NCBI GenBank assembly: GCA_963761705.1
Contig: CAVXHK010000003.1
Coordinates: 430,794-494,793, forward strand
Source of the DNA: an uncultured Verrucomicrobiae bacterium
GTDB taxonomy: Bacteria > Verrucomicrobiota > Verrucomicrobiia > Chthoniobacterales > JAATET01
Direction: 5' to 3'
Length of the DNA stretch: 64,000 nucleotides
The notes under the pieces: generated by a model
What the model was told of the DNA's origin: nothing
Database searches by the model: none
Seen by the model: the letters and a program-made list of their open reading frames with translations, nothing else
Shown: positions 9,322 to 19,159 of the stretch, piece by piece
Numbering within the stretch: the first letter of the stretch is position 1
Layout of the letters: each line of letters opens with the position of its first letter
Translations under genes and position numbers: made by a program

Positions 9322-11481
9322 GTGAACGACGACGGGGTGCGGGGGGTGGTGGAGCGGGTGACGTTCCACCACGAGGAGTCGGGCTTTTCCGTTCTTCGGG
9401 TGCTGGTTCGTGGGCGGAAGGACCTGGTGACCGTGATCGGCAACGTGGCGACGGTGACGCCGGGGGAATGGATCACGGCGGAGGGTCGATGGGTGAGAGA
9501 CCGTGAGCACGGGCTGCAGCTGAAGGCGGAGCGGGTGGAGACGCAGCCGCCGGATTCGCGGGAGGGCATCGAGAAGTATCTGGCGAGCGGGATGATCAAG
9601 GGAATCGGGCCGGTCTACGCGAAGAAGCTGGTCGCGCAGTTCGGGGAAGAGGTTTTCTCCGTGATCGAAAACGAATCGGCACGGTTGCAGGAGGTCGGGG
9701 GGATCGGGGTGGAGCGGCGGCGGGCGATCAAGGAGGCGTGGGCGGAGCAGCGGGTCGTGCGGGAGATCATGGTCTTCCTGCACGCGAATGGGGTGAGCAC
9801 GAGCCGGGCGGTGCGCGTTTACAAAACCTACGGAGAGGAGGCGATCGCGCGGATCCGGACCGATCCGTATTGCCTGTCGCGCGACATCCGGGGCATCGGG
9901 TTCAAGAGTGCGGACGCGATCGCGGCAAAGCTGGGACTGGCGGGCGACAGCGTGCTGCGGGTGCGGGCGGGGTTGGCACACTGCCTGGACGAGGCGGCGG
10001 GCGATGGGCATTGCGCAATGGTGCGGGGAAAATTGGTGGGGGCGGCGGGGGAGTTGCTCGGGGTGGATGGCGACCTGGTTGAGCGGGTGTTGGCGGGTGC
10101 GTTGGAGCGGCAGGAGTTGGTGGCGGACGCGCCGGGCGGGCGGGATTTGATCTTCTCGCCCACGATGCTGGCGGCGGAGCGCCTGGTGTCGGAGCGGTTG
10201 CGGGCCATGGCGGAGCGGGCGTCGACCGCGTATCCGGAGATCGACGTCGATCGGGCGCTGGTCTGGGTGCAGGACTCGACGGGGAAGCTGCTGGCGGAGT
10301 CGCAGGCGGCGGCTCTCCGGATGTCGCTGGTTCGGGCGATCGCGGTGGTGACCGGCGGGCCGGGCGTCGGGAAAACGACCCTGGTGAACTCGATTTTAAA
10401 AATCCTGAGCGCGAAGGGGGTTCGTTGCGTGCTGTGCGCGCCGACGGGACGGGCGGCCAAGCGATTGGCCGAGTCGACGGGGCTGGCGGCGATGACGATT
10501 CACCGGCTGCTGGAGCCGGAGCGCGGCGGTGGCTTCAAGCGGCACGAGGGAAACCCACTCGTTGGCGATTTGTTCGTGATGGACGAGGTCTCGATGGTGG
10601 ACGTGCCGCTGATGGCGAGGTTTCTGCGGGCGCTGCCGCGGCGGGGGAACTTGCTGCTGGTGGGGGACGCGGACCAGCTGCCGAGCGTCGGGCCGGGCTT
10701 GGTTCTCCGGGACGTGATCGCTTCGGGAGCGGTGCCGGTCGCCCGACTGGACGTGGTGTTTCGTCAGGCCGAGGCGAGTGGGATCGTGACGGCTGCTCAT
10801 TTGATCAATGCCGGTGCGTTGCCGGAGCTGGCCCACCGGGAAGGGTCGGATTTTTACTTCATCGAGCGGGAGGATTCGGCGGCGGCATTGGAAACCGTGA
10901 TCGAGCTGGTGGCCAGGCGAGTGCCGGGAAAATTCGGGTTCGATCCCGTTCGCGACATCCAGGTCCTGTCGGCGATGAACAAAGGGACTCTGGGGGTGCG
11001 AAGTGTGAACGCGCGTTTGCGGGAGGAGCTGAATCCGGCGCGGGAAGGGGCGGGGGAGGTCGAGCGTTTTGGCGCGATTTTTCGGGCGGGAGACAAGGTG
11101 ATCCAGACGCGCAACAACTACGACAAAGAGGTCTTCAACGGCGACATCGGCGTGGTGCGGGCGGTCGATCGGACGGAGCGGGAAGTGAGTGTGGAGTTTG
11201 ACGGGCGGCGGGTCGTTTATGAGTTTGGAGAAATGGACGAATTGGAGCCGGCGTGGGCGATCACCGTGCACAAAAGCCAGGGGTCGGAATTCCCGTGCGT
11301 GATCGTGCCGGTAGCCATGGAGCAATTTGTGCTCTTGCAGCGGAACCTGATCTACACGGCGATCACGCGAGGCAAGGCCTTGGCGATCGTGGTCGGTCAG
11401 CGCAAAGCGCTGGCCGCAGCGGTGCGGAATGACCGGGTGCGGGAGCGGGTGAGTGGTCTGCGAGCACGCCTCGAGATCTGA
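9322..11481 (+). CDS. recD2: ATP-dependent RecD-like DNA helicase
   Basis: N-terminal OB/HhH region (IKGIGP), Walker A GGPGVGKTT, DEVSMVD, VGDADQLPSVG, TVHKSQGSEF, YTAITRGK. Confidence 0.95.
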   Translation: MNDDGVRGVVERVTFHHEESGFSVLRVLVRGRKDLVTVIGNVATVTPGEWITAEGRWVRDREHGLQLKAERVETQPPDSREGIEKYLASGMIKGIGPVYAKKLVAQFGEEVFSVIENESARLQEVGGIGVERRRAIKEAWAEQRVVREIMVFLHANGVSTSRAVRVYKTYGEEAIARIRTDPYCLSRDIRGIGFKSADAIAAKLGLAGDSVLRVRAGLAHCLDEAAGDGHCAMVRGKLVGAAGELLGVDGDLVERVLAGALERQELVADAPGGRDLIFSPTMLAAERLVSERLRAMAERASTAYPEIDVDRALVWVQDSTGKLLAESQAAALRMSLVRAIAVVTGGPGVGKTTLVNSILKILSAKGVRCVLCAPTGRAAKRLAESTGLAAMTIHRLLEPERGGGFKRHEGNPLVGDLFVMDEVSMVDVPLMARFLRALPRRGNLLLVGDADQLPSVGPGLVLRDVIASGAVPVARLDVVFRQAEASGIVTAAHLINAGALPELAHREGSDFYFIEREDSAAALETVIELVARRVPGKFGFDPVRDIQVLSAMNKGTLGVRSVNARLREELNPAREGAGEVERFGAIFRAGDKVIQTRNNYDKEVFNGDIGVVRAVDRTEREVSVEFDGRRVVYEFGEMDELEPAWAITVHKSQGSEFPCVIVPVAMEQFVLLQRNLIYTAITRGKALAIVVGQRKALAAAVRNDRVRERVSGLRARLEI

Positions 11482-12012
11482 CTCAGCTAAGAAGCGGGGA
11501 CGTGAAAATGTTTTGACGGACGGCGGACAGCGCTGTCCCCGTTAACCGATCTTCAACTGGCGGGTTTGAGTCAGCCGAGGGACGCGAGGAAAGGGTCCAT
11601 CTCGGCGTGACCCCAGAGGTGGGACCCATCGGAAGTAGAGTCTCAGGCGGGCACTCGCACGGGGGAGAGGCTGAAGCCTGGCGAGAATTCTGGCGCGATG
11701 TCCCCAGTTCTGGGAAGCGGAATGGGAAAAACTTCGACCGTGATCGGCCGGGATGAGCTGGGAATGCGGGTCACTTCCTCGAATCCCGTAATCCAACCGG
11801 GTACCGTTCCGGGGTGAGTTGATGCCCTTGAGTCCGGAGAGTGAAAACTGTGTCCGACCCTCGGTCGCCGTCCGTAACTTTCGACCCACAGGTGGGATAG
11901 AAACGGGAACGTTTTTGAGCGACTGTATCCGCCGGCTTGCGCGTTCCAAACGCTGCCCGGGTCTCCGAAAGTTGTCCCACAACCATCTCAAAACGAGTGC
12001 TTTAAGAGTAAA

Positions 12013-12094
12013 TGCTCGAGGAGGGACTTGAACCCACACTCCTTGCGGAACCAGATCCTAAGTCTGGCGCGTCTGCCAATTTCGCCACTCGAGC
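12013..12094 (-). tRNA. tRNA-Leu(TAG)
   Basis: GCTCGAG acceptor stem, D arm GGCGAAATTGGCAGACGC, anticodon arm CCAGA-CTTAGGA-TCTGG, long variable arm, T loop GGTTCAAGTCC; CCA not encoded. Confidence 0.96.
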
Positions 12095-12224
12095 GGTGGG
12101 TGCGGAGCATACAGAGGATTTGGGCCGTGTGAATTGGGAAATTGCGCGGCGCTGCCAGTGGCCGATTCATTTGACATCGTCGGGGGGGCGGAGCACTGTC
12201 CTCGCTTCGTACTCTGATCCATCT

Positions 12225-13376
12225 ATGAATTTTCTTAATAAAGTCCGCTGGCTGAACAGCGCGTTTCTGATTGGCACCTTCGTGACGACTTGCACGGCGG
12301 TGCCTTTGTTTATCTGGACCCACGGTGTGGATCTCTTTCAAGCCACGCTGTTTGTGTTCTTTTTCCTGGCGACCGGCTTCAGCATCACGCTGGGGTATCA
12401 CCGTCTGTTTTCTCACCTGACCTTCAAAGCGAAGTGGCCGGTCAAACTGTTTACGCTTCTCTTCGGGGCGGCGGCCTTTGAGGGTTCGGCGCTCGGGTGG
12501 TGCGCGGATCACCGCAAGCACCACAAGCATGTCGACCACGACGAAGATCCCTACGACATCTCGAAAGGATTTTTTCACGCTCACATCGGGTGGCTTCTCT
12601 TCCGTCGTGGCCCCGACACGCCGCTCACTTGGGTGCGCGATCTGGAGAAGGACAAAATGGCTTGGTGGCAGCACCGGTATTACGCGCTAATCGGAGTCGG
12701 GATGGGCTTCGCACTACCAGCGTTGATCGGCTATCTCTACGGTGGCGGGACGGCGGCACTGGGCGGTTTCCTGCTCGCTGGCGTTGCGAGGGTTGTTTTC
12801 GTGCATCACATGACGTTCTGCATCAATTCGCTCTGTCACTGGATCGGCGATCGGCCGTATTCGTCGGCGATCTCGGCGCGGGACAGTTTTCTCATGGCCC
12901 TCTTCACGTTTGGTGAGGGCTATCACAACTATCACCACGAGTTTCAGTACGACTACCGCAATGGCGTGAAGCCTTGGCAGTTTGATCCGACGAAGTGGGT
13001 GATCTGGACTCTGAACAAGCTGGGCCTCGTCTCGAATCTTCGCCGCGTCGGTGAGGAGCGGATCGTGAAGGCTCAGATTCAGGAGCAGCAGCGGCACTTG
13101 GACGAGCATCTAAAAACCTACCAGGGTGCGATCTGCGAATCGGTTCAGGCCATGATCGCGTCCGCGCAGGAACGGATGCACGCGGCCGTCGAGAGCTGGG
13201 AGCACCTCCTGGCGGAGTCACGCGAAGCAGCTAAGCGTCACGGTGCGATCTCGCGTCAGCGGCGCGATGAGCTGAAGCGTGAGCTCGCAGCTGCGACGGA
13301 TCGGCTGCGCGACGCAATGCGTGAGTGGAGCGAGGCGCGGAAGATGGCGTTCAGTTCGGTGGCGTTGCCGGCGTAG
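12225..13376 (+). CDS. Delta-9 acyl-CoA/acyl-lipid fatty acid desaturase with C-terminal helical extension
   Basis: Three His boxes HRLFSH, HRKHH and HNYHH, plus GEGYHN and DPTKW. Start reassigned to ATG 12225. Confidence 0.92.
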   Translation: MNFLNKVRWLNSAFLIGTFVTTCTAVPLFIWTHGVDLFQATLFVFFFLATGFSITLGYHRLFSHLTFKAKWPVKLFTLLFGAAAFEGSALGWCADHRKHHKHVDHDEDPYDISKGFFHAHIGWLLFRRGPDTPLTWVRDLEKDKMAWWQHRYYALIGVGMGFALPALIGYLYGGGTAALGGFLLAGVARVVFVHHMTFCINSLCHWIGDRPYSSAISARDSFLMALFTFGEGYHNYHHEFQYDYRNGVKPWQFDPTKWVIWTLNKLGLVSNLRRVGEERIVKAQIQEQQRHLDEHLKTYQGAICESVQAMIASAQERMHAAVESWEHLLAESREAAKRHGAISRQRRDELKRELAAATDRLRDAMREWSEARKMAFSSVALPA

Positions 13377-13605
13377 GCTGGGGCGGACGCCGCTTTATTC
13401 GAGGTTGGGCCGCCGGTCCGTTTCGTTGTGGCGGTTTGGTAGTGGGCTTGGCGACTAGAAGGGTTTCGCAGAATTCGTCGACTCCGGTCGGGACCGACTC
13501 CCTGGATCAACCTGACTAGAATCTGGTCTGGTCGCTCGTTCTGGCGGAGGTCGCGACCCTGGACCGGGAGGGTCTCTCCTCCCGTGGAACCTGGTGTGTG
13601 ACTTC

Positions 13606-13630
13606 CATCGGTCGGAGGCCGGATGACACG
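13606..13630. repeat. REP-like element (ATCGG...GGAGGCC.GATGACACG)
   Basis: Close match to 56039-56062, which lies inside purK. Confidence 0.5.
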
Positions 13631-13736
13631 GGAATGGCAGCGAGTTCTGGGGCGGCGATCGTAAATCCTCGCTCCTTGGAAGAAGTCTTTGGGGATCAAC
13701 GATGGGGGGGCGCTTTGATTGCTTTGTTCCGGCTCG

Positions 13737-15242
13737 CTATCGGGTGATTTCCCGGACGGAGATGTTGACGGTACCGTCGGCGGTTTTTCTCACGTCGGTG
13801 ATGAGAAAGGGTCGCTCGCCGCCGCGGCTGACTTGGTTACCTTCGGTGGGTGGCTGGCTGCCGGCGGGGTATTCGACGATGACGCGAGTGGTTGCTCCGG
13901 TGGCTCCAGAGTTGGAGCGGAGGACGGCTCGATTGGTCCCGGAAGCGGTGACGACGAAATCACCGGAGAGGTAAACGCGGTCTCCTGAGACGGGTTGCCC
14001 GGCGAGGGCGGCGGATTCGTTTACACCGACCAAGCGACCGCGGGGCATCTGGCCAGCGGGGTAGGTTTCCCAACCTCCGGCGGCTGCGTTCGCGACGGTG
14101 GGTGGTCGGCTCGATGAGGAATTGAAGGGTTTGAGTGGGACGGACGGAGCGACCGTGGGTGCCGGAGTCGGTGGCGCAGCGGCAACCGTGGTGCCGTTGA
14201 CCGGAACGGCGGGACGGACCGGGAGCGTCGGATCGATGGTCGGAACGGGCACCGCCGGTGGTGGCGTGTCCGCAACCACCGGCCCGGCGGTCGGCTCCGG
14301 CGTCGGGGCGGGCGCTCGCGGCTCCGGCGTGGCTCCGGCGAGGTCGGTGGCTGGTTGAACGCGGATGAGTTCGTTGGCGGCTGCGGCGGGTTCGCCCCCG
14401 GCGGTCGCTGTGGTGGTGTCGAGTCCGGCCTTGCGACGGTAGGTGGCGTAGCGGGCATCGGCGTCGGCGATCTTCGACTTCGAGAGGATGGGGAGGCCGG
14501 CTTCGACGTTGAGGCTGGTCGGCGGATCGAGGGTGAAGCTGCCAGGACCGGCGGAGGCCGTGTAGCTTGGATAGTGAATTGGGACGACGGTGAGCTTGAG
14601 ACGTCCGTCGGAAAGCTTCTCGACGTTCGTGATGGCGGTGAGGTCCTGGGTTCGCTGAATCGGGATGTCTAGACCGGTGAGGAGGCTGCGGTGGAGGGCG
14701 GGGATCATGCGCTCCTCGGCGGGAAAGACGTGCTCGATGAGAACGCCTGGATTGTCGGTGTCTTGAGCGAGCGCGACGACGCCGGACTTGATGAAGTCGT
14801 CGCTCGTGAGCTGGTAGGAATCGAGGATGTTGAAGCGACCGGTCACGTAGGGGACGAGGCCCTGACGGTGCTGGTAGTTCTCGAGGTATTGGCGAAGGAG
14901 GACGTTGCTTTCCTTTTTCAGATCGCGGGTGGTCATTTTCCCGTACCGGTCGAGGAGCTTGTTGGCGTCGAGGAACTCGCCCTTCGGAGCTTGGAGGATC
15001 TCGAAGCGCTTGGGGGGGTCGATTTTCTTCATCTTCTGAAGGATCGAATAACTGAACGGCTCCTCGGGGTGTCCGAAGACGTAGTAGGTGCCCATCCAGC
15101 AGATGAGGACCAAGCCGATGAGGAGGACGATGAAAATGGACCACCCGAGGAGGTCGGCGCGACGCTTGGGTTCGGCTGATTTCGTCTTGAAGCCGCGGGA
15201 GGTGCTCCGGCGGCCTCCGTATTTCGAGCGGGGTTCGGGCAT
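13737..15242 (-). CDS. Hypothetical single-pass membrane protein with Pro/Ala/Thr-rich linker
   Basis: Basic N-terminus, one TM helix, globular domain, PAT linker and small C-terminal domain; codon usage looks coding. Confidence 0.75.
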   Translation of the reverse strand: MPEPRSKYGGRRSTSRGFKTKSAEPKRRADLLGWSIFIVLLIGLVLICWMGTYYVFGHPEEPFSYSILQKMKKIDPPKRFEILQAPKGEFLDANKLLDRYGKMTTRDLKKESNVLLRQYLENYQHRQGLVPYVTGRFNILDSYQLTSDDFIKSGVVALAQDTDNPGVLIEHVFPAEERMIPALHRSLLTGLDIPIQRTQDLTAITNVEKLSDGRLKLTVVPIHYPSYTASAGPGSFTLDPPTSLNVEAGLPILSKSKIADADARYATYRRKAGLDTTTATAGGEPAAAANELIRVQPATDLAGATPEPRAPAPTPEPTAGPVVADTPPPAVPVPTIDPTLPVRPAVPVNGTTVAAAPPTPAPTVAPSVPLKPFNSSSSRPPTVANAAAGGWETYPAGQMPRGRLVGVNESAALAGQPVSGDRVYLSGDFVVTASGTNRAVLRSNSGATGATTRVIVEYPAGSQPPTEGNQVSRGGERPFLITDVRKTADGTVNISVREITR

Positions 15243-15254
15243 GGCTCGGGTGTC

Positions 15255-15602
15255 TTAGGCGGAGGCCGCGGCGGTCTCGGCGGGCTCGAACGACGTGCCG
15301 CAGCCGCAGCTACGGATGGCGCGCGGGTTGACGATCTTGAAACCGGCTCCAGCGAGGTCGTCGATGTGGTCGAGCGTGCAGCCGTCGAGGTGGTCGGTGC
15401 TGTCGCTGGCGACGAAGACGCTGACGCCGTCGCGGGTAGAAATCTCATCCCCGTCTTGGCGTTCGCCCATTTCCATACCGTATTGCAAGCCGGCGCAACC
15501 GCCGCGCTCGACGGAGAGGCGGAGACCGTGGCCCGCGGGGGCGGATTTTTCCGCGAGCAGGCTTCGCAGTTGTTCCGCTGCGTTTTCGGTTATAGAAAGC
15601 AT
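15255..15602 (-). CDS. Fe-S cluster assembly accessory protein (IscA/HesB/ErpA family)
   Basis: GGCAGLQY and NPRAIRSCGCGTSF. Confidence 0.93.
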   Translation of the reverse strand: MLSITENAAEQLRSLLAEKSAPAGHGLRLSVERGGCAGLQYGMEMGERQDGDEISTRDGVSVFVASDSTDHLDGCTLDHIDDLAGAGFKIVNPRAIRSCGCGTSFEPAETAAASA

Positions 15603-15777
15603 GGGGCAGTTTTATGGGTGGTCGTGCGCGAAGTCAAATGATGCGGCGGGAAAACCGTGGGCGGATGCCGGGATTTTTGCTTCTGCTGGTCCGTTTGTTG
15701 GAGGCGTTGGTTGCCGGTCGGAGCCGGAGCGAACCGGAGACCGCCGCTCTGGGCAACCCGGTGCCACGGGGGGTGAG

Positions 15778-17624
15778 ATGGGATTGATCAAGCGGTTGCC
15801 GGAGGAGGTGGCGAGCCAGGTCGCGGCGGGGGAGGTGGTGGAGCGACCGGCTTCGGTGGTGAAGGAACTCGTAGAAAATGCCCTCGACGCTGGGGCCACG
15901 CGGATCGACGTCGAGTATCGTCGCGGTGGAACGGGCTACATTGTAGTGGCGGACGACGGACGGGGGATGGATCGAGAGGATGCGGTGCTTTGCCTGGAAC
16001 GGCACGCGACGAGCAAGATCCGGACGGGGCGTGATCTTGAGACGGTGGCGACGTTTGGGTTTCGGGGGGAGGCGGTGCCGAGCATCGCGAGTGTGTCAAA
16101 GTTCCGTCTGACGACGCGGGAGCACGGGGCGGCGGAAGGTACGGAGATCGTGGTCGCGGGCGGAAAAATCGAGGACGTGCGGGCGAGCGGAGCGGCGGAG
16201 GGAACGCGCATCGAGGTGCGGAGTCTGTTTTATAATCTCCCGGCGCGGCGAAAATTTTTGCGAGGAGAGCGGACGGAGGCGGCGCACATCGAGCAGGCGT
16301 TTCTGGTGGCGGCGCTGGCGAATCCTGGTGTGCGCTTCACGCTCACAAAAGACGGGAAACAGACGCGGCTCCTCGCGGCGGGAAGCGACTTGCGGACGCG
16401 GGTGCGAGATCTGAGCGGAGCAGATTTTTTACGTTCGCTGTTTACGTTTGATGAATTTTCGCACAACGGACTGGCGATCAGCGGGTTGCTGGCGCGACCG
16501 GGTCACGGGCGGGGCGACCGGTCGCAGCAGTTTTGGTTCGTGAACGGGCGGGCGATCGTGAGCAGCGTGTTGTCGCAGCCGCTGCGCGAAGCTTACGGGA
16601 CGGCCCTGCCGAAAGGGATGCAGCCCCCGGCGGTGCTGTTTGTGCGGATGGACGCTCGGGAGGTGGATTGCAACGTGCACCCGGCGAAGCGAGAGGTGCG
16701 GTTTCGCGACGGGATCGCCGTGCGGGAAGCGGTGGGGGCGTGCGTGCGGGCGGCGTTGGAGGTCGTGAGGGAAGGAGCCGGGCTCCGGTCGTCGAAGTCA
16801 AGTCGGCGGCCGAGCGGCCCGTGGCGAAGGATGAGTTCCGGGTGGACAATATCCTTGCCCAGCGGCGCCGGGAGCTGGAGTCGGACGGTAGCGATGAAGC
16901 GGAAAAGTGGGATGGGCCAATTGATCGGCCCACGCCGGACGAGCCGTTCCACGAATCGCCGCGGCCGCCTGAGCGGTTCATCGAATCGCCGCTACAGAGG
17001 TTTTTCATTCCAACGGAGGCCCCGCTGCACCCAGAGCTGGCGACGGCAGCGGAGCGATTTCGGTTCGTCGGGCGGCTCGGGGAGCGGCTTGTAGTGATGG
17101 AGGACGCGGCGGGGATGGTGCTGCTGGATCACCGGGCGGCGCGGGAGCGGATCTGGTTCGAACGGACGCTGCGGCAGATGGAGTCCGGGGTTGGGACCTC
17201 CCAGCGGTTGCTACTCCCGGCGGTTGTGGAGCTCGCCCCGCGGGACGAGGCTTGGGTGCGAGAGAATCTCAACGCGCTGGAGCGGGTGGGAATGCTGGTC
17301 GAGCCGTTTGGACGGGGAAGCGTGAAGGTCGACGGGGTGCCGCCGCCGCTCGGGGGAGTGCCCGCCGCGGAGGTGCTGCTGCGCCTGATCGACGACGGGC
17401 GGGCGACCGGTGCTCCGGGGCGCGCGCGGGCGGTGGAGGAGGCGATCGCGCGGTCGGTGGCGCGCTTTGCTCCCGCGGAGGATCTGCCGGGCGACACGAG
17501 GGGGCTGCGTGATTTCCTCGACGAGATGATGGCTTGCGATCTGCCCTACACGTGCCCGAGCGGGAAGCCGACGCTCGTGCACCTTTCGTTCGCGGAGCTG
17601 GCCCGGAAATTTGGGCGAGGGTGA
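15778..17624 (+). pseudogene. mutL: DNA mismatch repair protein MutL, split by a -1 frameshift near 16770-16785 (real lesion or sequencing indel)
   Basis: The N-terminal GHKL domain (AAGEVVERPASVVKELVENALDAGA, TFGFRGEA, DCNVHPAKREVRF) is in one frame. The C-terminal endonuclease domain (DHRAARERI, CPSGKPT) is in another. Confidence 0.85.
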
Positions 17625-17632
17625 CTTTTCAA

Positions 17633-17672
17633 GGTTCTGAAGTTTTGAGGTTTTGAAGTTTTGGGGTTCTGA
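17633..17672 (+). repeat. Five tandem octamers RGTTYTGR
   Basis: ggttctga agttttga ggttttga agttttgg ggttctga. Confidence 0.75.
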
Positions 17673-17684
17673 GATAGTCCGGCG

Positions 17685-18149
17685 ATGCACGAGAGCTTGA
17701 GGATCGAACCGGCCACCTTGGATGACCTGCCGGTGCTGGCGGATCTGTTGCACGATCTGTTCACGCTGGAGTCGGATTTCGTGCCGAACCGGGTGAAGCA
17801 AACGCGCGGGCTGGAATTGATCCTGGAGGATCCGTCGCGGGGGCGGATTTTTGTGCTGCGGAATGATCACTCGATCATCGGCATGATCAATCTACTCATC
17901 ACGATCAGCACGGCCGAGGGTGGATTTGTGATGTTGCTCGAGGATCTGGTCGTTCACTCGGATCATCGGGGGCAGGGGTTGGGATCGAAGTTGTTAGAAC
18001 ACGCGGTGAACTTTGCCCGGGAGAAAAAATTTCTGCGGATCACCCTGCTGACGGACCGGGCGGATCAAGGACCGATCGATTTCTACTGTCACCGGGGTTT
18101 TGTCGTGAGTGACATGCAGCCTCTCCGGATGGCGTTGGGGGAGAATTAG
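17685..18149 (+). CDS. GNAT family N-acetyltransferase
   Basis: Motif A LEDLVVHSDHRGQGLGSKLL; FY...GF. Confidence 0.9.
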   Translation: MHESLRIEPATLDDLPVLADLLHDLFTLESDFVPNRVKQTRGLELILEDPSRGRIFVLRNDHSIIGMINLLITISTAEGGFVMLLEDLVVHSDHRGQGLGSKLLEHAVNFAREKKFLRITLLTDRADQGPIDFYCHRGFVVSDMQPLRMALGEN

Positions 18150-18151
18150 AA

Positions 18152-18829
18152 ATGGGATCGGGTGACGGCGAGCTTGGTTTTGCGCGGGTCGATACGGAGC
18201 GGCGGGAGCGTTGTGGCCGGGCGGAGGTGATCTATTGTCCGGGCAAAACGGCGGACGAGGTGGCGGGAATCGCCGTCGAGTTGAGGCGGCGCGGCGAGAT
18301 CGTCTTGGCGACGCGGGTGACACGGGAGCAGGCCGACGCCGTGGCTGCGAGTTTGCCCGAGAGCGTCCATCACGAGCGGGCGCGGTGCGTGACTTGCGGG
18401 GTGCCGGAGCCGAATGGCGGGCGGTGGGCGGTAGGCATCCTGAGTGCCGGCACGGCTGATCTTGCGGTGGCGGAGGAGGCCGCGGTCACGCTGGAGGCGT
18501 GCGGCCAGCGGGTCGAAAGGTACTGGGACGTGGGGGTGGCGGGATTGCACCGGTTGCTCGGTCAGCTGGATGCGGTGCGGGGTTGCGGGGTGCTGATCGT
18601 GGTGGCGGGGATGGAAGGTGCGCTGCCCAGTGTGGTCGCGGGTCTGGTCGACATGCCGGTGATCGCCGTGCCAACGAGCGTCGGATACGGGGCAAACTTT
18701 GGTGGGCTGGCGGCGTTGCTGGGAATGCTGACGAGCTGCGGGAGCAAGGTGACGGTGGTCAATATCGACAACGGCTTCGGCGCGGCGAGCGCGGCGGATG
18801 CGATTCTGCGATTGGTTTCGCGGGAGTAG
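18152..18829 (+). CDS. larB: Nickel-pincer cofactor biosynthesis protein LarB (PurE-like)
   Basis: EVIYCPGKT, SAGTADL.VAEEA, DVGVAGLHRL, AGMEGALPSV, PTSVGYGA, VVNIDNGFGAA. Confidence 0.92.
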   Translation: MGSGDGELGFARVDTERRERCGRAEVIYCPGKTADEVAGIAVELRRRGEIVLATRVTREQADAVAASLPESVHHERARCVTCGVPEPNGGRWAVGILSAGTADLAVAEEAAVTLEACGQRVERYWDVGVAGLHRLLGQLDAVRGCGVLIVVAGMEGALPSVVAGLVDMPVIAVPTSVGYGANFGGLAALLGMLTSCGSKVTVVNIDNGFGAASAADAILRLVSRE

Positions 18830-19159
18830 CGCAGGATTTTTGGAATAAATCGGAGGGTGGAACCCGGTGAAGCCGGGCACCCGTCGCGCCCCGCGATTTT
18901 TGGTTCCAGCGCTCGTCTGCTGACCGAGCTTGTCGTAACCGTGCGACAGCTGATCGTTTTTCCGTTGGCGGAGGCGGCGTTCGAGTCGGGCGGTGTGCAG
19001 GTTCTGCGGGTCGAGAACCGATGGTTGACCGGTGGTGAGGGCGACCATTTTCCACCCACCTTGCCCCAAAGAGTGGACGGCTCGGCTGAGGTCGTGGTGG
19101 CGAGAGTGGCGAGGATCGCGAGAGTTGATTTTCGCTCACTGGTCCCGCATGGTGAAGGG

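Noticed and set aside
11575-11610. GAGGAAAG resembling the RNase P RNA 5' motif
   Set aside because: It is not followed by GTCC at the right spacing and no matching 3' motif was found.
12013-12040. tRNA-Leu 3' end as the att site of an intact integrated element
   Set aside because: No direct-repeat copy or integrase was seen in the window.
16760-16790. Programmed -1 ribosomal frameshift in mutL
   Set aside because: No canonical X XXY YYZ heptamer in frame, and the nearby hairpin is tiny.
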